Virus record (IMG/VR): IMGVR_UViG_3300048574_000541
Coordinates: 1 to 24,523 of that record
Length of the DNA stretch: 24,523 nt
From: a virus
Taxonomy: Duplodnaviria > Caudoviricetes
Strand: one strand, 5' to 3'
Shown: positions 8,315-17,073 of the stretch, in pieces
Layout: each line of letters begins with the position of its first letter
Position numbering within the stretch: the stretch's first letter is position 1
Notes under the pieces: model-generated
Databases searched by the model: none
Told to the model about the DNA's origin: nothing
Seen by the model: only the letters and a program-made list of their open reading frames with translations
Translations under genes and position numbers: made by a program

Positions 8315-9729
8315 TGACGGCGATCCCGTTTCCGATCATTTCCGCTCCCGGACGACATCCGCAGGCATCCGGTGGACGGCTGATTAACTGCTACCCGGAC
8401 AAGCTTGCGGAAACGGCCGGCCAGAAGCTGGCATACTGGCGTGTACCGGGATTGAAGGCATTTGCCGAAAGCACGGGCACGGTGTTTCGCGGCGCGCTTG
8501 AAGTCGGCAACCTTGTCTATGCGGTATTCGGGACGAAGTGCTGGACGTTTTCGTCAAGCGGCACCGCGACGGAATTGACCGGCACCGTTCCGGGGACCGT
8601 GCCCGTCTTTATGGCGCGGGATAATGCGACGACGCCTCATATCGTAATCGTGTCGCCAGGTGACGGCGCGGTTTCTGTTTCGGCCGGAGCGGTGGTGAGC
8701 TATCCAGACATTGACGTTGGACAGCCGAATGCCGTCACAAACCTGAAAAGCTTTTTCATCTTCACCTATGGCGACGCCAAGGTCATCAGTTCCGATTCCA
8801 ATTCGCTGAACATCAATGCGCTGAATAACGCATCCGCTGAGAGCAAGCCTGACATGCTTTACTGTCCGGTCCCGCTCGGCAACGGTCAATTGTTGCTATG
8901 CGGTTCGGCGTCCTGCGAGGTGTGGGGCGGCGTCAACGATACCGGGTTTATCTTTTCCTATATTGCCACGATCAACCGTGGCATCGTCGGTCCTTATGCC
9001 ATCGCTGGCGCGGAGGATGGCTTTGGCAAGGGCCTGTTCGCGGTCACGGACGATTTTACGGTATCGCGGCTCGACGGCTATCAGTGGGTGACGATATCGT
9101 CGCCTGACGTTGACGACGCGATTGCCGCCGAAACAAACAAGTCATCGATCGTCGTTTCGGTCTATGTCTCACGCGGCCGTGGCTTTGTGACGGTTTCCGG
9201 CTCTGGGTGGTGCTGGGAATTTGATACGAAGCTACAGACATGGCACGAGCGGCAAAGCTATCTGCGCAGCGACTGGCGCGGGCTTTATCCGTTCAAGGCG
9301 TTCGACAAGTGGCTTTGTGGCGACAAGCTGTCGGGCCGCATTCTTGAGATTGACGGACCGACGCAGGACGAAACCGGAAACCCGCTGCGGATACGCATTG
9401 AAACGGGACCGTTCGGCGCTTTCCCCAGCCCGATCAGGATCAACGGGATTGAGCTTTATCTGACGAAGGGTGTCGGCATCGCGCCGGGAGACGATCCGAC
9501 ACAGACAAATCCCGACATTGAAGTCGCCATCTCGAAGGACGGCGGGAATACGTGGTCGCCATCACGATCGATCAATGTCGGGAGGCAGGCGCTATCGTCC
9601 GGCAGGGTCCGCGCCGCGCTATGGGGAACATGCGACGATCCGCAGGGCGTCCGCTGGCGGTTTGACGAATCCAGCAACGTGAACTTCGGCTTTATGGGAG
9701 CCGATATGCAGGCGGATAAACTGCGGTGA
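8314..9729 (+). CDS. Tail hub/DNA stabilisation protein (P22 gp10-like)
   Basis: 471 aa beta-rich protein; 'LINCYP', 'PGL', 'SAESKPD', 'WHER.S', 'SKDGGNTWS' motifs typical of gp10. Confidence 0.88.
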   Translation: MTAIPFPIISAPGRHPQASGGRLINCYPDKLAETAGQKLAYWRVPGLKAFAESTGTVFRGALEVGNLVYAVFGTKCWTFSSSGTATELTGTVPGTVPVFMARDNATTPHIVIVSPGDGAVSVSAGAVVSYPDIDVGQPNAVTNLKSFFIFTYGDAKVISSDSNSLNINALNNASAESKPDMLYCPVPLGNGQLLLCGSASCEVWGGVNDTGFIFSYIATINRGIVGPYAIAGAEDGFGKGLFAVTDDFTVSRLDGYQWVTISSPDVDDAIAAETNKSSIVVSVYVSRGRGFVTVSGSGWCWEFDTKLQTWHERQSYLRSDWRGLYPFKAFDKWLCGDKLSGRILEIDGPTQDETGNPLRIRIETGPFGAFPSPIRINGIELYLTKGVGIAPGDDPTQTNPDIEVAISKDGGNTWSPSRSINVGRQALSSGRVRAALWGTCDDPQGVRWRFDESSNVNFGFMGADMQADKLR

Positions 9730-10196
9730 CGATAGCGCCTTCGATCCCGGAAATGCCGGGCCAGAATGTTGGTATCGACGTCGGACAATCGCAGGTAAAT
9801 CCGGCTTGGTATGGATATTTCTACGGCCTGAAGAAGCTCTACGACTTCGTCAAGACGATCCAGCCGGATACGAAGTCGAACATCCTGCGGGACGTCAACG
9901 CCCAAACCGGAACGTCCTACACGTTCGGGCTTACCGATTCCGGTAATGTCTGCACGTTCGATAATTCATCGGCTGTCACGGTGACCGTTCCGCCGAACTC
10001 GGCGGTCGCGTTTGATATTGGCACTCAAATAGACGCTATCCAGCTCGGCGCGGGAAAGGTGACCTTCGCGCAGGGTTCTGGCGTCACGATCCGGTCCGTC
10101 GATTCCAACAAGGCGATTGCAGCGCGGTACGGGGCCGCGACGTTGCTCAAGATTGGCACGGACGAGTGGGTTCTGTTCGGCGCTCTTGACGCATGA
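9726..10196 (+). CDS. Tail needle-position adaptor with a C-terminal fibre-type beta domain
   Basis: GTGA overlap; N-terminal 'VNPAWYGYF' anchor-like motif; C-terminal 'NAQTGTSYT...VTVPPN..VAF.IGT.I...Q.GAG.VT...WVLFG' domain seen in phage fibre proteins. Confidence 0.6.
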   Translation: MTIAPSIPEMPGQNVGIDVGQSQVNPAWYGYFYGLKKLYDFVKTIQPDTKSNILRDVNAQTGTSYTFGLTDSGNVCTFDNSSAVTVTVPPNSAVAFDIGTQIDAIQLGAGKVTFAQGSGVTIRSVDSNKAIAARYGAATLLKIGTDEWVLFGALDA

Positions 10197-11050
10197 CGCA
10201 TTTCAGCTTTGGCACTGCATCGCAGGTCAGGAAGTTCATCACCGCGACCGGCGGAACGGTCACGATCGATGGCAAATACAAGATCCACACTTTCACCGGT
10301 AGCGGGTCGTTCGTCATCACGGATGCGCCGGCCAGCGCGACCGTTGAGTTTCTGATTGTCGGCGGTGGCGGATCGGGAGGCGGCGGGGCCTACACCGGCA
10401 GCGGTAGTAACGCGGGCGGGGCTGGCGGCGGTGGCGGCGGCCTTCTGTCTGGGACGGCATCCGTTTCAGTCACCACCTATTCAATTGTTGTCGGTGCTGG
10501 CGGTACATCCGCCTCCGCGATGGGGGGCACGCCGGGAAATGCGGGCGGGGATTCATCGTTCAACGGACTGACGGCCGCAGGCGGCGGTGGCGGTGCTGGC
10601 GGCGGGACAACGACCGGAAAGTCGGGCGGCAGTGGCGGGGGGGCCATCGCTAGCGGTTCTGGCGGCACTGGAACATCCGGGCAGGGACACGCGGGCGGCA
10701 CCGCGTCCGGCAGCGGGCAGGGCGGCGGCGGCGGTGCTGGGGGGGCCGGCGGGAATGGATCGTCGGGCACCGGCGGCACCGGCGGCACGGGCATCAATAA
10801 TTCAATCACGGGCACATCGGTCAACTACGCGGCCGGCGGCGGTGGAGCGGCCTATGCGAGCGGAACGCGCGGCGGCGCTGGTGGAGCGAGCGCTGGCGGC
10901 GGCGGGTCGGTCGGCGTTGCGGGGGCCGGTGCGGGCGTCGCAAACACCGGCGGCGGCGGCGGCGGCGGTGGTGGCCCATCCGGTGTCACTTATCTGCCCG
11001 GCGGTGCCGGTGGTTCCGGCGTCGTGATCATTCGGTATCGTTTTCAATAG
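10193..11050 (+). CDS. Glycine-rich domain virion protein (putative adhesin)
   Basis: 'ATGGT...YKIHTFTGSG...VEFLIVGGGGSGG...GGAGGSGVVIIRY' glycine-rich domain pattern; ATGA coupling. Confidence 0.8.
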   Translation: MTHFSFGTASQVRKFITATGGTVTIDGKYKIHTFTGSGSFVITDAPASATVEFLIVGGGGSGGGGAYTGSGSNAGGAGGGGGGLLSGTASVSVTTYSIVVGAGGTSASAMGGTPGNAGGDSSFNGLTAAGGGGGAGGGTTTGKSGGSGGGAIASGSGGTGTSGQGHAGGTASGSGQGGGGGAGGAGGNGSSGTGGTGGTGINNSITGTSVNYAAGGGGAAYASGTRGGAGGASAGGGGSVGVAGAGAGVANTGGGGGGGGGPSGVTYLPGGAGGSGVVIIRYRFQ

Positions 11051-11061
11051 GACAAACAGCG

Positions 11062-11778
11062 ATGGCATCATTCCTATCGACACTCTTTGGAGGAGGTGCG
11101 GAGAAAGAAGCAGCGGACAAAAACCGTGCGCTCTATTCCGACTACCTGAACAAGGGTACCGGCGCTCTCGATAAGGCTTATGGCAACAGCCAAGGCTATC
11201 TGAACAGCGCGCTTGGCGCTTATACGCCGCTGTCAGATTTGGCCGGCCAGTATCGGCAAGGTACGGACCTTTACTTGAATGCGCTTGGCGTGAACGGGCC
11301 GGCGGGGACGCAGGCCGCGCAGGACGCTTTCACGTCGTCTCCCGGTTATCAGTTCTCGCTCGATCAGGGCCTTGATGCGATCAACCGCCGCCGCGCCACG
11401 GGCGGCATGTTGAACAGCGGGAATGCCGATATTGACGCCCTCAAGTTCGGGCAGGGCCTCGCCAGTCAGGATTACGGTAACTGGCTACAAAACCTTGCTG
11501 GCGTGAACCAGAACGCGCTTTCGGCTACGAGCGGAACGGCGCAGGGGCAGGCCGGTGCGTATGGCGCGCTGTCAGACCTTTCGCAGAGTGATGCGGCAAA
11601 CCGGATCGGGCTTTACGGCAATTACACGTCCGGCAACGCAAGCGCCAACAATCAGCAAGCTGCCGGCGAGGCTGCCGGCGCGAAGAACCTGCTCGGCGGC
11701 GCCCTGTCGCTCGCACAGCTCGGCCTGACCGCTGGCGGTGTCGGCGGGTTTGGCGCTGGCTTCAAGAAGGCGTTCTAA
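11062..11778 (+). CDS. DNA ejection/transfer protein (P22 gp7-like)
   Basis: G/A/N/Q-rich; 'SPGYQFSLDQG...A.GG.LNSG...L.FGQGLASQDY' motif; first of three ejection genes. Confidence 0.8.
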   Translation: MASFLSTLFGGGAEKEAADKNRALYSDYLNKGTGALDKAYGNSQGYLNSALGAYTPLSDLAGQYRQGTDLYLNALGVNGPAGTQAAQDAFTSSPGYQFSLDQGLDAINRRRATGGMLNSGNADIDALKFGQGLASQDYGNWLQNLAGVNQNALSATSGTAQGQAGAYGALSDLSQSDAANRIGLYGNYTSGNASANNQQAAGEAAGAKNLLGGALSLAQLGLTAGGVGGFGAGFKKAF

Positions 11779-11780
11779 CC

Positions 11781-12917
11781 ATGGCGATTGCACCGCTCAA
11801 TATCCCCGGTTACGCGCAGCCGCAGACGTTGGATTGGACGCCGCTGGCTGATCTTGGGAAGACGATCCAGACGCAGCGCAAGCAGGCCGCGCTTGGCGAT
11901 ATCATGTCGCAAGCCGATTTTAATAACCCGCAATCGTTGCAGGCGCTCGCCACGCAGGCATATGGCATTGATCCGTCAACCGGGATGACGCTGGCGAATC
12001 TTGGCATCCAGCAGGCCAACACACAGAAGAATGACGCTTGGAGGCGCGAGGAATCGGAACGCGCGCAGCGCAATGCAGATAGGTCTTACGGGTTGCAGGC
12101 GCAGGCGGCGGCGCAAGCGAAAGCTAACGCGGATCGCGAATGGAATTATGATCCAATTGAGGAGAGGGCGCAGCAAGCGCAGGCTTATGGGCTTGATCGT
12201 AATTCGCCAGAGGGAAGGGCGTTCATCCTAAATGGCAAGCTTCCAGAGAGCAACACCACAATTCAAAACCAAGTTGAGCAGCGCAAGGCGGCGGCAGCAA
12301 GTCTAGGACTAACACCGGAGCATCCTGCCTATAACAGCTTCGTTCTCACCAATAAGATGCCGCGTGAAGATCAGGCCCCGCTGACCGCGACCGACAAGAA
12401 AGCCATCCTAGAAGCTGACGAAGCCGTGATGACGGCAAAGTCCGCAATTGACGCGCTATCAAAGGCCAAGGAGCTTTCTCCTAAAGCGCTCGGATTTAAG
12501 GGCGCGGGCAACGTGGCATCGCTTGGCGCGTTGCTTGGAAATCAGGCTTCGGTAGATACCGTTGAGCTTGATAATACCATCACGTCTAACGCTCTCACGC
12601 AGCTCAAGTCTATCTTTGGTGGGAATCCGACTGAGGGTGAGCGGAAGATCATGCTCGAAATTCAGGGATCGTCGTCGATGCCTGATAATGTCCGACAGAG
12701 GATTTATGATCGCGCAATCGGAATGGCTCAAAATCGTCTGAAGTTTAATGAACAGCGCGCATCTGAGATGCGGGGAGGGCAGTTTTATAAGCCACAAGGC
12801 GGCATGACGAGAGCACCTATCCAGCAGTCGCAGGGTATCACGCAGCAGCAGTATGAATCACTCCCGTCCGGATCGGTTTTCACTGCGCCGGATGGCACGC
12901 AAAGGATTAAGCCCTGA
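11781..12917 (+). CDS. DNA ejection protein (gp20 position)
   Basis: Q/A-rich helical protein; 'FGGNPTEGER'; C-terminal 'YESLPSGSVFTAPDGTQRIKP'; synteny. Confidence 0.65.
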   Translation: MAIAPLNIPGYAQPQTLDWTPLADLGKTIQTQRKQAALGDIMSQADFNNPQSLQALATQAYGIDPSTGMTLANLGIQQANTQKNDAWRREESERAQRNADRSYGLQAQAAAQAKANADREWNYDPIEERAQQAQAYGLDRNSPEGRAFILNGKLPESNTTIQNQVEQRKAAAASLGLTPEHPAYNSFVLTNKMPREDQAPLTATDKKAILEADEAVMTAKSAIDALSKAKELSPKALGFKGAGNVASLGALLGNQASVDTVELDNTITSNALTQLKSIFGGNPTEGERKIMLEIQGSSSMPDNVRQRIYDRAIGMAQNRLKFNEQRASEMRGGQFYKPQGGMTRAPIQQSQGITQQQYESLPSGSVFTAPDGTQRIKP

Positions 12918-15037
12918 TGGCTGAATGGTGGGAATCCGCGCCGCTGGCAGAGCCGTCAAAGACGCCTGCGGCTGCCGGAAACTGGTGGGATGCTGCGCCT
13001 TTTGCCAAGGGTGATACCGGATTTGCAAATCCGGTGCAGTCGTCGCAGGGGCAGGCCGCGCCGACGCGCGTCACAATGGATATGACAAAAGCGGATCGCG
13101 GCGTTGTCGATGCCGCCGCGCGCGGTGTAGCGCAGGGATTGACGGCGAATTTCAGCGATGAGTTGCGCGGGCTTGTAGAGGCGGGCGGGACAAATCCTAA
13201 TGAACCGGCCAGCCTTGGCGCGCTTCTCAGCGGATCGCTAAAATATTGGTCGGGAGATCAGGATGCAAAGAAGCGATACGATGACGCAGTTTCCCGCGAT
13301 CGTGGCTTAAACAAAGACGCGGAAGATCAGCATCCGATTGCCTCAACATTAGGAAATGTCGCCGGTGCTGTTGTTCTCCCGCTCGGTGCGGCCTCCAAAG
13401 CCGCAACGCTACCATCCAGGATGGCGACAGGCGCAGCCGTCGGGGCCGGGTTAGGCGCGGCATCCGGCGTGGGCGAAGGACAGGGCGTCGCCGATAGCCT
13501 ATCCCGTGGTGTAACTGGCGCAGGATTCGGCAGTGTACTTGGCGGGATCGCTCCCGCTGCGGTGGAAGGTGTCATTCGTGGCGCTCGCAGCATTTCAGGT
13601 CCGGTTGCGAATGCCATCCGTGGCATTAGAAATGCCGATGATGAGGCTGCACGCCGCGTCGCCATGGCAATCGAGCGTGATATTCATGCTGATCCAACGG
13701 CGGCATCGCGGCTTACGTCACAGGAATTTGCGGCCAACATTCAGAATGGCGGCCCGGCGACAATTATGGATATGGGAGGCGAGACTACTCGCGCCCTAGC
13801 AAGATCAGCCGCGAATACATCTCCGGAAGGTAGGGCATCTTTAAACCAATCAATTAATAATCGTTTTGAGGGCCAGAACGAGCGTGTAACGGGATGGTTG
13901 CGCGATACATTCCATTATCCTGATGCGGCGGCTCAGTCGAAAGCTATAACTGAAGCGGCGAAGGACTTGAACGGACCGGCATATGCATTGGCCCGCGCGG
14001 AAGGCCGCGCGGGCATCTGGGACGCCGAACTATACGAACTGTCTCAAGCTCCGGTCATGAAGGATGCTGTTAGCGCTGCCCTCAAGCAGGCGCAGAACAA
14101 ATCAGCCGGAGGGAAGCTGGATGAATCCACACTCTCCCGCTGGATGAATAGCGGCAAGCCGACGCTTGAGTTCTGGGATTTGGTAAAACGCCAGATAGAT
14201 CAGGAAATCAACGTCGCCAAGCGCGCAGGTAAGAACGAGGATGTAGGAACGTTAACAGAGATAAAAAATGTTCTTGTCGGCAAGCTCGATCAGGCCGTGC
14301 CGAGCTATGCGAAAGCCCGCGCAGGCGCGGCGCAGATGTTTGACGCTCAGGACGCGCTTGAAGCGGGCAGGAAATATCTTACCAAGCACGTTCCGAATGA
14401 TGATGTGCGGCGCGCAATGACCCGCATGACACCGACAGAACGCCAGCTATTTCAGGATGGATTTGTTTCTGAGTTCGTTGATAGCCTTAACAAGATTGGT
14501 GACCGTCGATCCATTTTGAACAAGATCGCGGACTCGCCAGCCGCTCGGGAAAAGCTCAATATCGCACTCGGCCGGGATAAGGCCGCTGAATTGGAGGCCG
14601 GGCTTCGAGTGGAGGGAATTATGGACCTAGCGCGTAGGGCGGTTCAAGATAACTCGACAACGGCGCGTCAACTGGTAGAACTCGGGTTAGCCGGTGGCAC
14701 ATATGGCATCGGTACGGGCTGGGATGTTTTTAATCCTAATAAATCCGCGATTATGAATGCCGCGCTTGTCTATGGTGCTGCGCGTGGCAAGAGCAAAATC
14801 AATGAGAACGTATCACGCAAGGTCGCGGAACTTCTCGTATCAAATGATCATGCGAAGATGTTGCAGGGAATCCGCGTTGTCGCTCGCAATCAGAATATGT
14901 TCAATGCGCTACGGTCGGCAGATAAGGGGCTTGCGCGCATTGGCGGCGAACAATCATCTGGGATCGGCGCCTTTCAGGCAGCAGGCGTAGGCAGGGCCGA
15001 TAACCAGCCAGACGTTCCACGGCCACCAGCCCAATAG
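12917..15037 (+). CDS. Large DNA ejection protein (gp16 position)
   Basis: 706 aa A/G-rich helical protein with 'WW..AP' N-terminal repeats and glycine-zipper-like segments; TGATG coupling; synteny. Confidence 0.65.
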   Translation: MAEWWESAPLAEPSKTPAAAGNWWDAAPFAKGDTGFANPVQSSQGQAAPTRVTMDMTKADRGVVDAAARGVAQGLTANFSDELRGLVEAGGTNPNEPASLGALLSGSLKYWSGDQDAKKRYDDAVSRDRGLNKDAEDQHPIASTLGNVAGAVVLPLGAASKAATLPSRMATGAAVGAGLGAASGVGEGQGVADSLSRGVTGAGFGSVLGGIAPAAVEGVIRGARSISGPVANAIRGIRNADDEAARRVAMAIERDIHADPTAASRLTSQEFAANIQNGGPATIMDMGGETTRALARSAANTSPEGRASLNQSINNRFEGQNERVTGWLRDTFHYPDAAAQSKAITEAAKDLNGPAYALARAEGRAGIWDAELYELSQAPVMKDAVSAALKQAQNKSAGGKLDESTLSRWMNSGKPTLEFWDLVKRQIDQEINVAKRAGKNEDVGTLTEIKNVLVGKLDQAVPSYAKARAGAAQMFDAQDALEAGRKYLTKHVPNDDVRRAMTRMTPTERQLFQDGFVSEFVDSLNKIGDRRSILNKIADSPAAREKLNIALGRDKAAELEAGLRVEGIMDLARRAVQDNSTTARQLVELGLAGGTYGIGTGWDVFNPNKSAIMNAALVYGAARGKSKINENVSRKVAELLVSNDHAKMLQGIRVVARNQNMFNALRSADKGLARIGGEQSSGIGAFQAAGVGRADNQPDVPRPPAQ

Positions 15038-15130
15038 CATCACGGCGACGAAATAAACCAGCATCGTGGCGCGCGGGAGATATCGCCGCGATTCCCGTTG
15101 GCAACTATCCCGCTCAAGAGGATCGGTCAT
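14954..15130 (-). CDS. Putative small antisense membrane protein (58 aa)
   Basis: MTDPLERDSCQRESRRYLPRATMLVYFVAVMLLGWWPWNVWLVIGPAYACCLKGADPR: charged N-terminus then hydrophobic W-rich segment; CATAAT 6 nt upstream of the ATG. Confidence 0.4.
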   Translation of the reverse strand: MTDPLERDSCQRESRRYLPRATMLVYFVAVMLLGWWPWNVWLVIGPAYACCLKGADPR

Positions 15131-15182
15131 AAGGCAATTATGGCATCTTCTTTGGCGCAATACGAGATTTAACATTTCCAAT

Positions 15183-15209
15183 GGGCCGCATCTGCGGCCC
15201 TTTTCTTTT
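15183..15209 (+). terminator. Intrinsic terminator after the ejection genes
   Basis: GGGCCGC-ATCT-GCGGCCC followed by TTTTCTTTT. Confidence 0.75.
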
Positions 15210-15220
15210 GAGGGCTAAGA

Positions 15221-16216
15221 ATGGCCGGAAGTATAAGCCTGTCTCTGTCGCAACAGTTCGATGAATACGGCAAGCCGCTGTCCGGTGGCCTGCTGTACAC
15301 AATTCAGGCTGGCACGACGGCAACGCCGCAAAACGCATTCAAGGATTACGGGCTTTCGATTGTCCATCCGAACCCGATCATTCTTGACGCGGCCGGCCGC
15401 GTGCCGGCGTTCTATCTTGCCGACGGGCAGATTAAAATCAGGCTCACGGACAAGAATGGCGTCGATCAGATTGTGCAAGACAACCTGCTGGTAATCGGGC
15501 CTTCAAGCGGTGGCGGCGGTGGCGGCGGCGGTGTTGACGCTACGACCGTGATGGCAACCGGAGACATCAAGGCGAGGTACGGGACAGGCGCGCTTGCCGG
15601 TTTTGTCCGGCTTAATGGCCGCACGATTGGCTCCTCGGTGTCCGGCGCGAACGAGCGCGCAAACATCGACTGCGGCCCGCTGTTTCAATATCTATGGGGC
15701 GCGGACACAAGCTTGACGGTTTCCGGTGGTCGCGGGGCGTCGGCGGTCGCGGACTGGCTCGCGAACAAGACGTTGACGCTGCCTGATGCGCGCAACAGGG
15801 GTCTCGCCGGCCTTGGTGACATGGGCAATAGCGATGCCGGACTATTCTCAGGGTTGTCTTTTTCGAAAGGGAACGGCGTCACGCTCGGCTCCATTCTCGC
15901 GGGGACGGTGACGCTTGATGCAACCAATATCCCGGCGCATGCGCATGGCGTGTATCTCAATGATCCCGGCCACACTCATGACTTCTCAAACTGGCCCGAC
16001 AACAGAACACAGGCGATAAACTTGGCCGGCTCGACGGTCAAACTCGGAATCTACGATAAGTCTACGGTTCAAACGCAGTCCGCTACAACCGGCGTCACGA
16101 TTTGGAGTGGCGCAGGGGGAACCGGGACGCAGAACAGCACTGCGCAGACTGGAGACGGGGCAGCGTTCAAAGTAGCGCAGCCCACCATCCTGATAACCAT
16201 CTACATAAAACTGTAG
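15221..16216 (+). CDS. Tail fibre protein with virion-binding N-terminal domain and collar-like domain
   Basis: 'GKPLSGGLLY..AGTT...NPIILDAAGR' attachment domain, poly-Gly linker, 'TGDIK...GFVRLNGRTIG...LPDARNR' collar-like domain, His pairs (HAH, HTH), C-terminal 'QPTILITIYIKL'. Confidence 0.8.
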   Translation: MAGSISLSLSQQFDEYGKPLSGGLLYTIQAGTTATPQNAFKDYGLSIVHPNPIILDAAGRVPAFYLADGQIKIRLTDKNGVDQIVQDNLLVIGPSSGGGGGGGGVDATTVMATGDIKARYGTGALAGFVRLNGRTIGSSVSGANERANIDCGPLFQYLWGADTSLTVSGGRGASAVADWLANKTLTLPDARNRGLAGLGDMGNSDAGLFSGLSFSKGNGVTLGSILAGTVTLDATNIPAHAHGVYLNDPGHTHDFSNWPDNRTQAINLAGSTVKLGIYDKSTVQTQSATTGVTIWSGAGGTGTQNSTAQTGDGAAFKVAQPTILITIYIKL

Positions 16217-16222
16217 AAAATC

Positions 16223-16732
16223 ATGAGAAAAATCAGATACTTGGATGTATCGCGGCTTCGCGAGTTGTTTTCTTATGATCCCATCACGGGAATATTGACT
16301 CGGCGCACAACACATCGCGCCGGGCAACCGTGCGGCACGGTTTTCAGCACGGGTCATATGCAAGTAAGCGTTGATGGAAAAATGACTGGCGTCCATCGGA
16401 TCGCATGGGCACTTCATTCCGGAAAATATCCAGCAGTTGAAGTTGATCACGTCAACGGTAACGGCTCCGACAACCGCATTTGTAATCTTCGTATCGCGAC
16501 TTCCGCTCAGAACAATCAAAATCGGCGTCTTAGCTCTCGAAATAAATCGGGAGTTAAGGGCGTTTTTCGCATCAAAAATTGGGCTGGTAAAAAAGTTTGG
16601 CGAGTAGATATCGGCCATAACCAAGGCGAGCACTACATCACGCATTTTGATTGTTTTGGCCAAGCAGTCAGCCACGCGCACGAGATGCGGAAAATACTTC
16701 ATGGCGACTTCGCCAGCACAGGGGTCGCATAA
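16223..16732 (+). CDS. HNH homing endonuclease (HNH_3 plus AP2-like C-terminus)
   Basis: 'FSYDPITG', 'HRIAW', 'VDHVNGNGSDNRICNLRIATSAQNNQN', 'NKSGVKGV' motifs; visibly more AT-rich than its neighbours. Confidence 0.92.
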   Translation: MRKIRYLDVSRLRELFSYDPITGILTRRTTHRAGQPCGTVFSTGHMQVSVDGKMTGVHRIAWALHSGKYPAVEVDHVNGNGSDNRICNLRIATSAQNNQNRRLSSRNKSGVKGVFRIKNWAGKKVWRVDIGHNQGEHYITHFDCFGQAVSHAHEMRKILHGDFASTGVA

Positions 16733-17073
16733 TGGGCATCATAATCAACGACACGGCCACGAACAACGCTGACTGGAACATGCAAATCCATGTCACGGAT
16801 GCTGACAGTGGCGCGCCTATCGATTTCACCGGTGCCACCATTGAGATCGAGGTGAAAGACGCGAATGGCTGCCGAAAGCTTGAGGGCTCAGTTGCTGACG
16901 GTCGCGTGACGTTGCCCGACGCCGGAGTAATCGAGTGGCTATTCCCCGCCACTGTCATGAATGGGCTGTGCCCAGGCTCCTATAACATGGGCGCCGTATA
17001 TCAGATGAACGGAGCAACAGTATCTCTGTTCACCGGACAACTGGTCATCATTGACGGGGTGGCCCGCATATGA
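16732..17073 (+). CDS. Small beta-sandwich fibre adaptor protein (BppU N-terminal-like)
   Basis: 'PIDFTGATIEIEVKD...GVIEW.FPA..M..L.PG.Y' pattern; TAATG and ATGA coupling on either side; start 16732. Confidence 0.65.
   Translation: MGIIINDTATNNADWNMQIHVTDADSGAPIDFTGATIEIEVKDANGCRKLEGSVADGRVTLPDAGVIEWLFPATVMNGLCPGSYNMGAVYQMNGATVSLFTGQLVIIDGVARI

Noticed and set aside
9090-9101. GACGATATCGTC palindrome with the same core as the operators
   Set aside because: Single copy inside a coding region with different flanks and no nearby promoter; likely chance
10360-11020. GGC-rich low-complexity DNA
   Set aside because: Explained by polyglycine coding; not an independent repeat element
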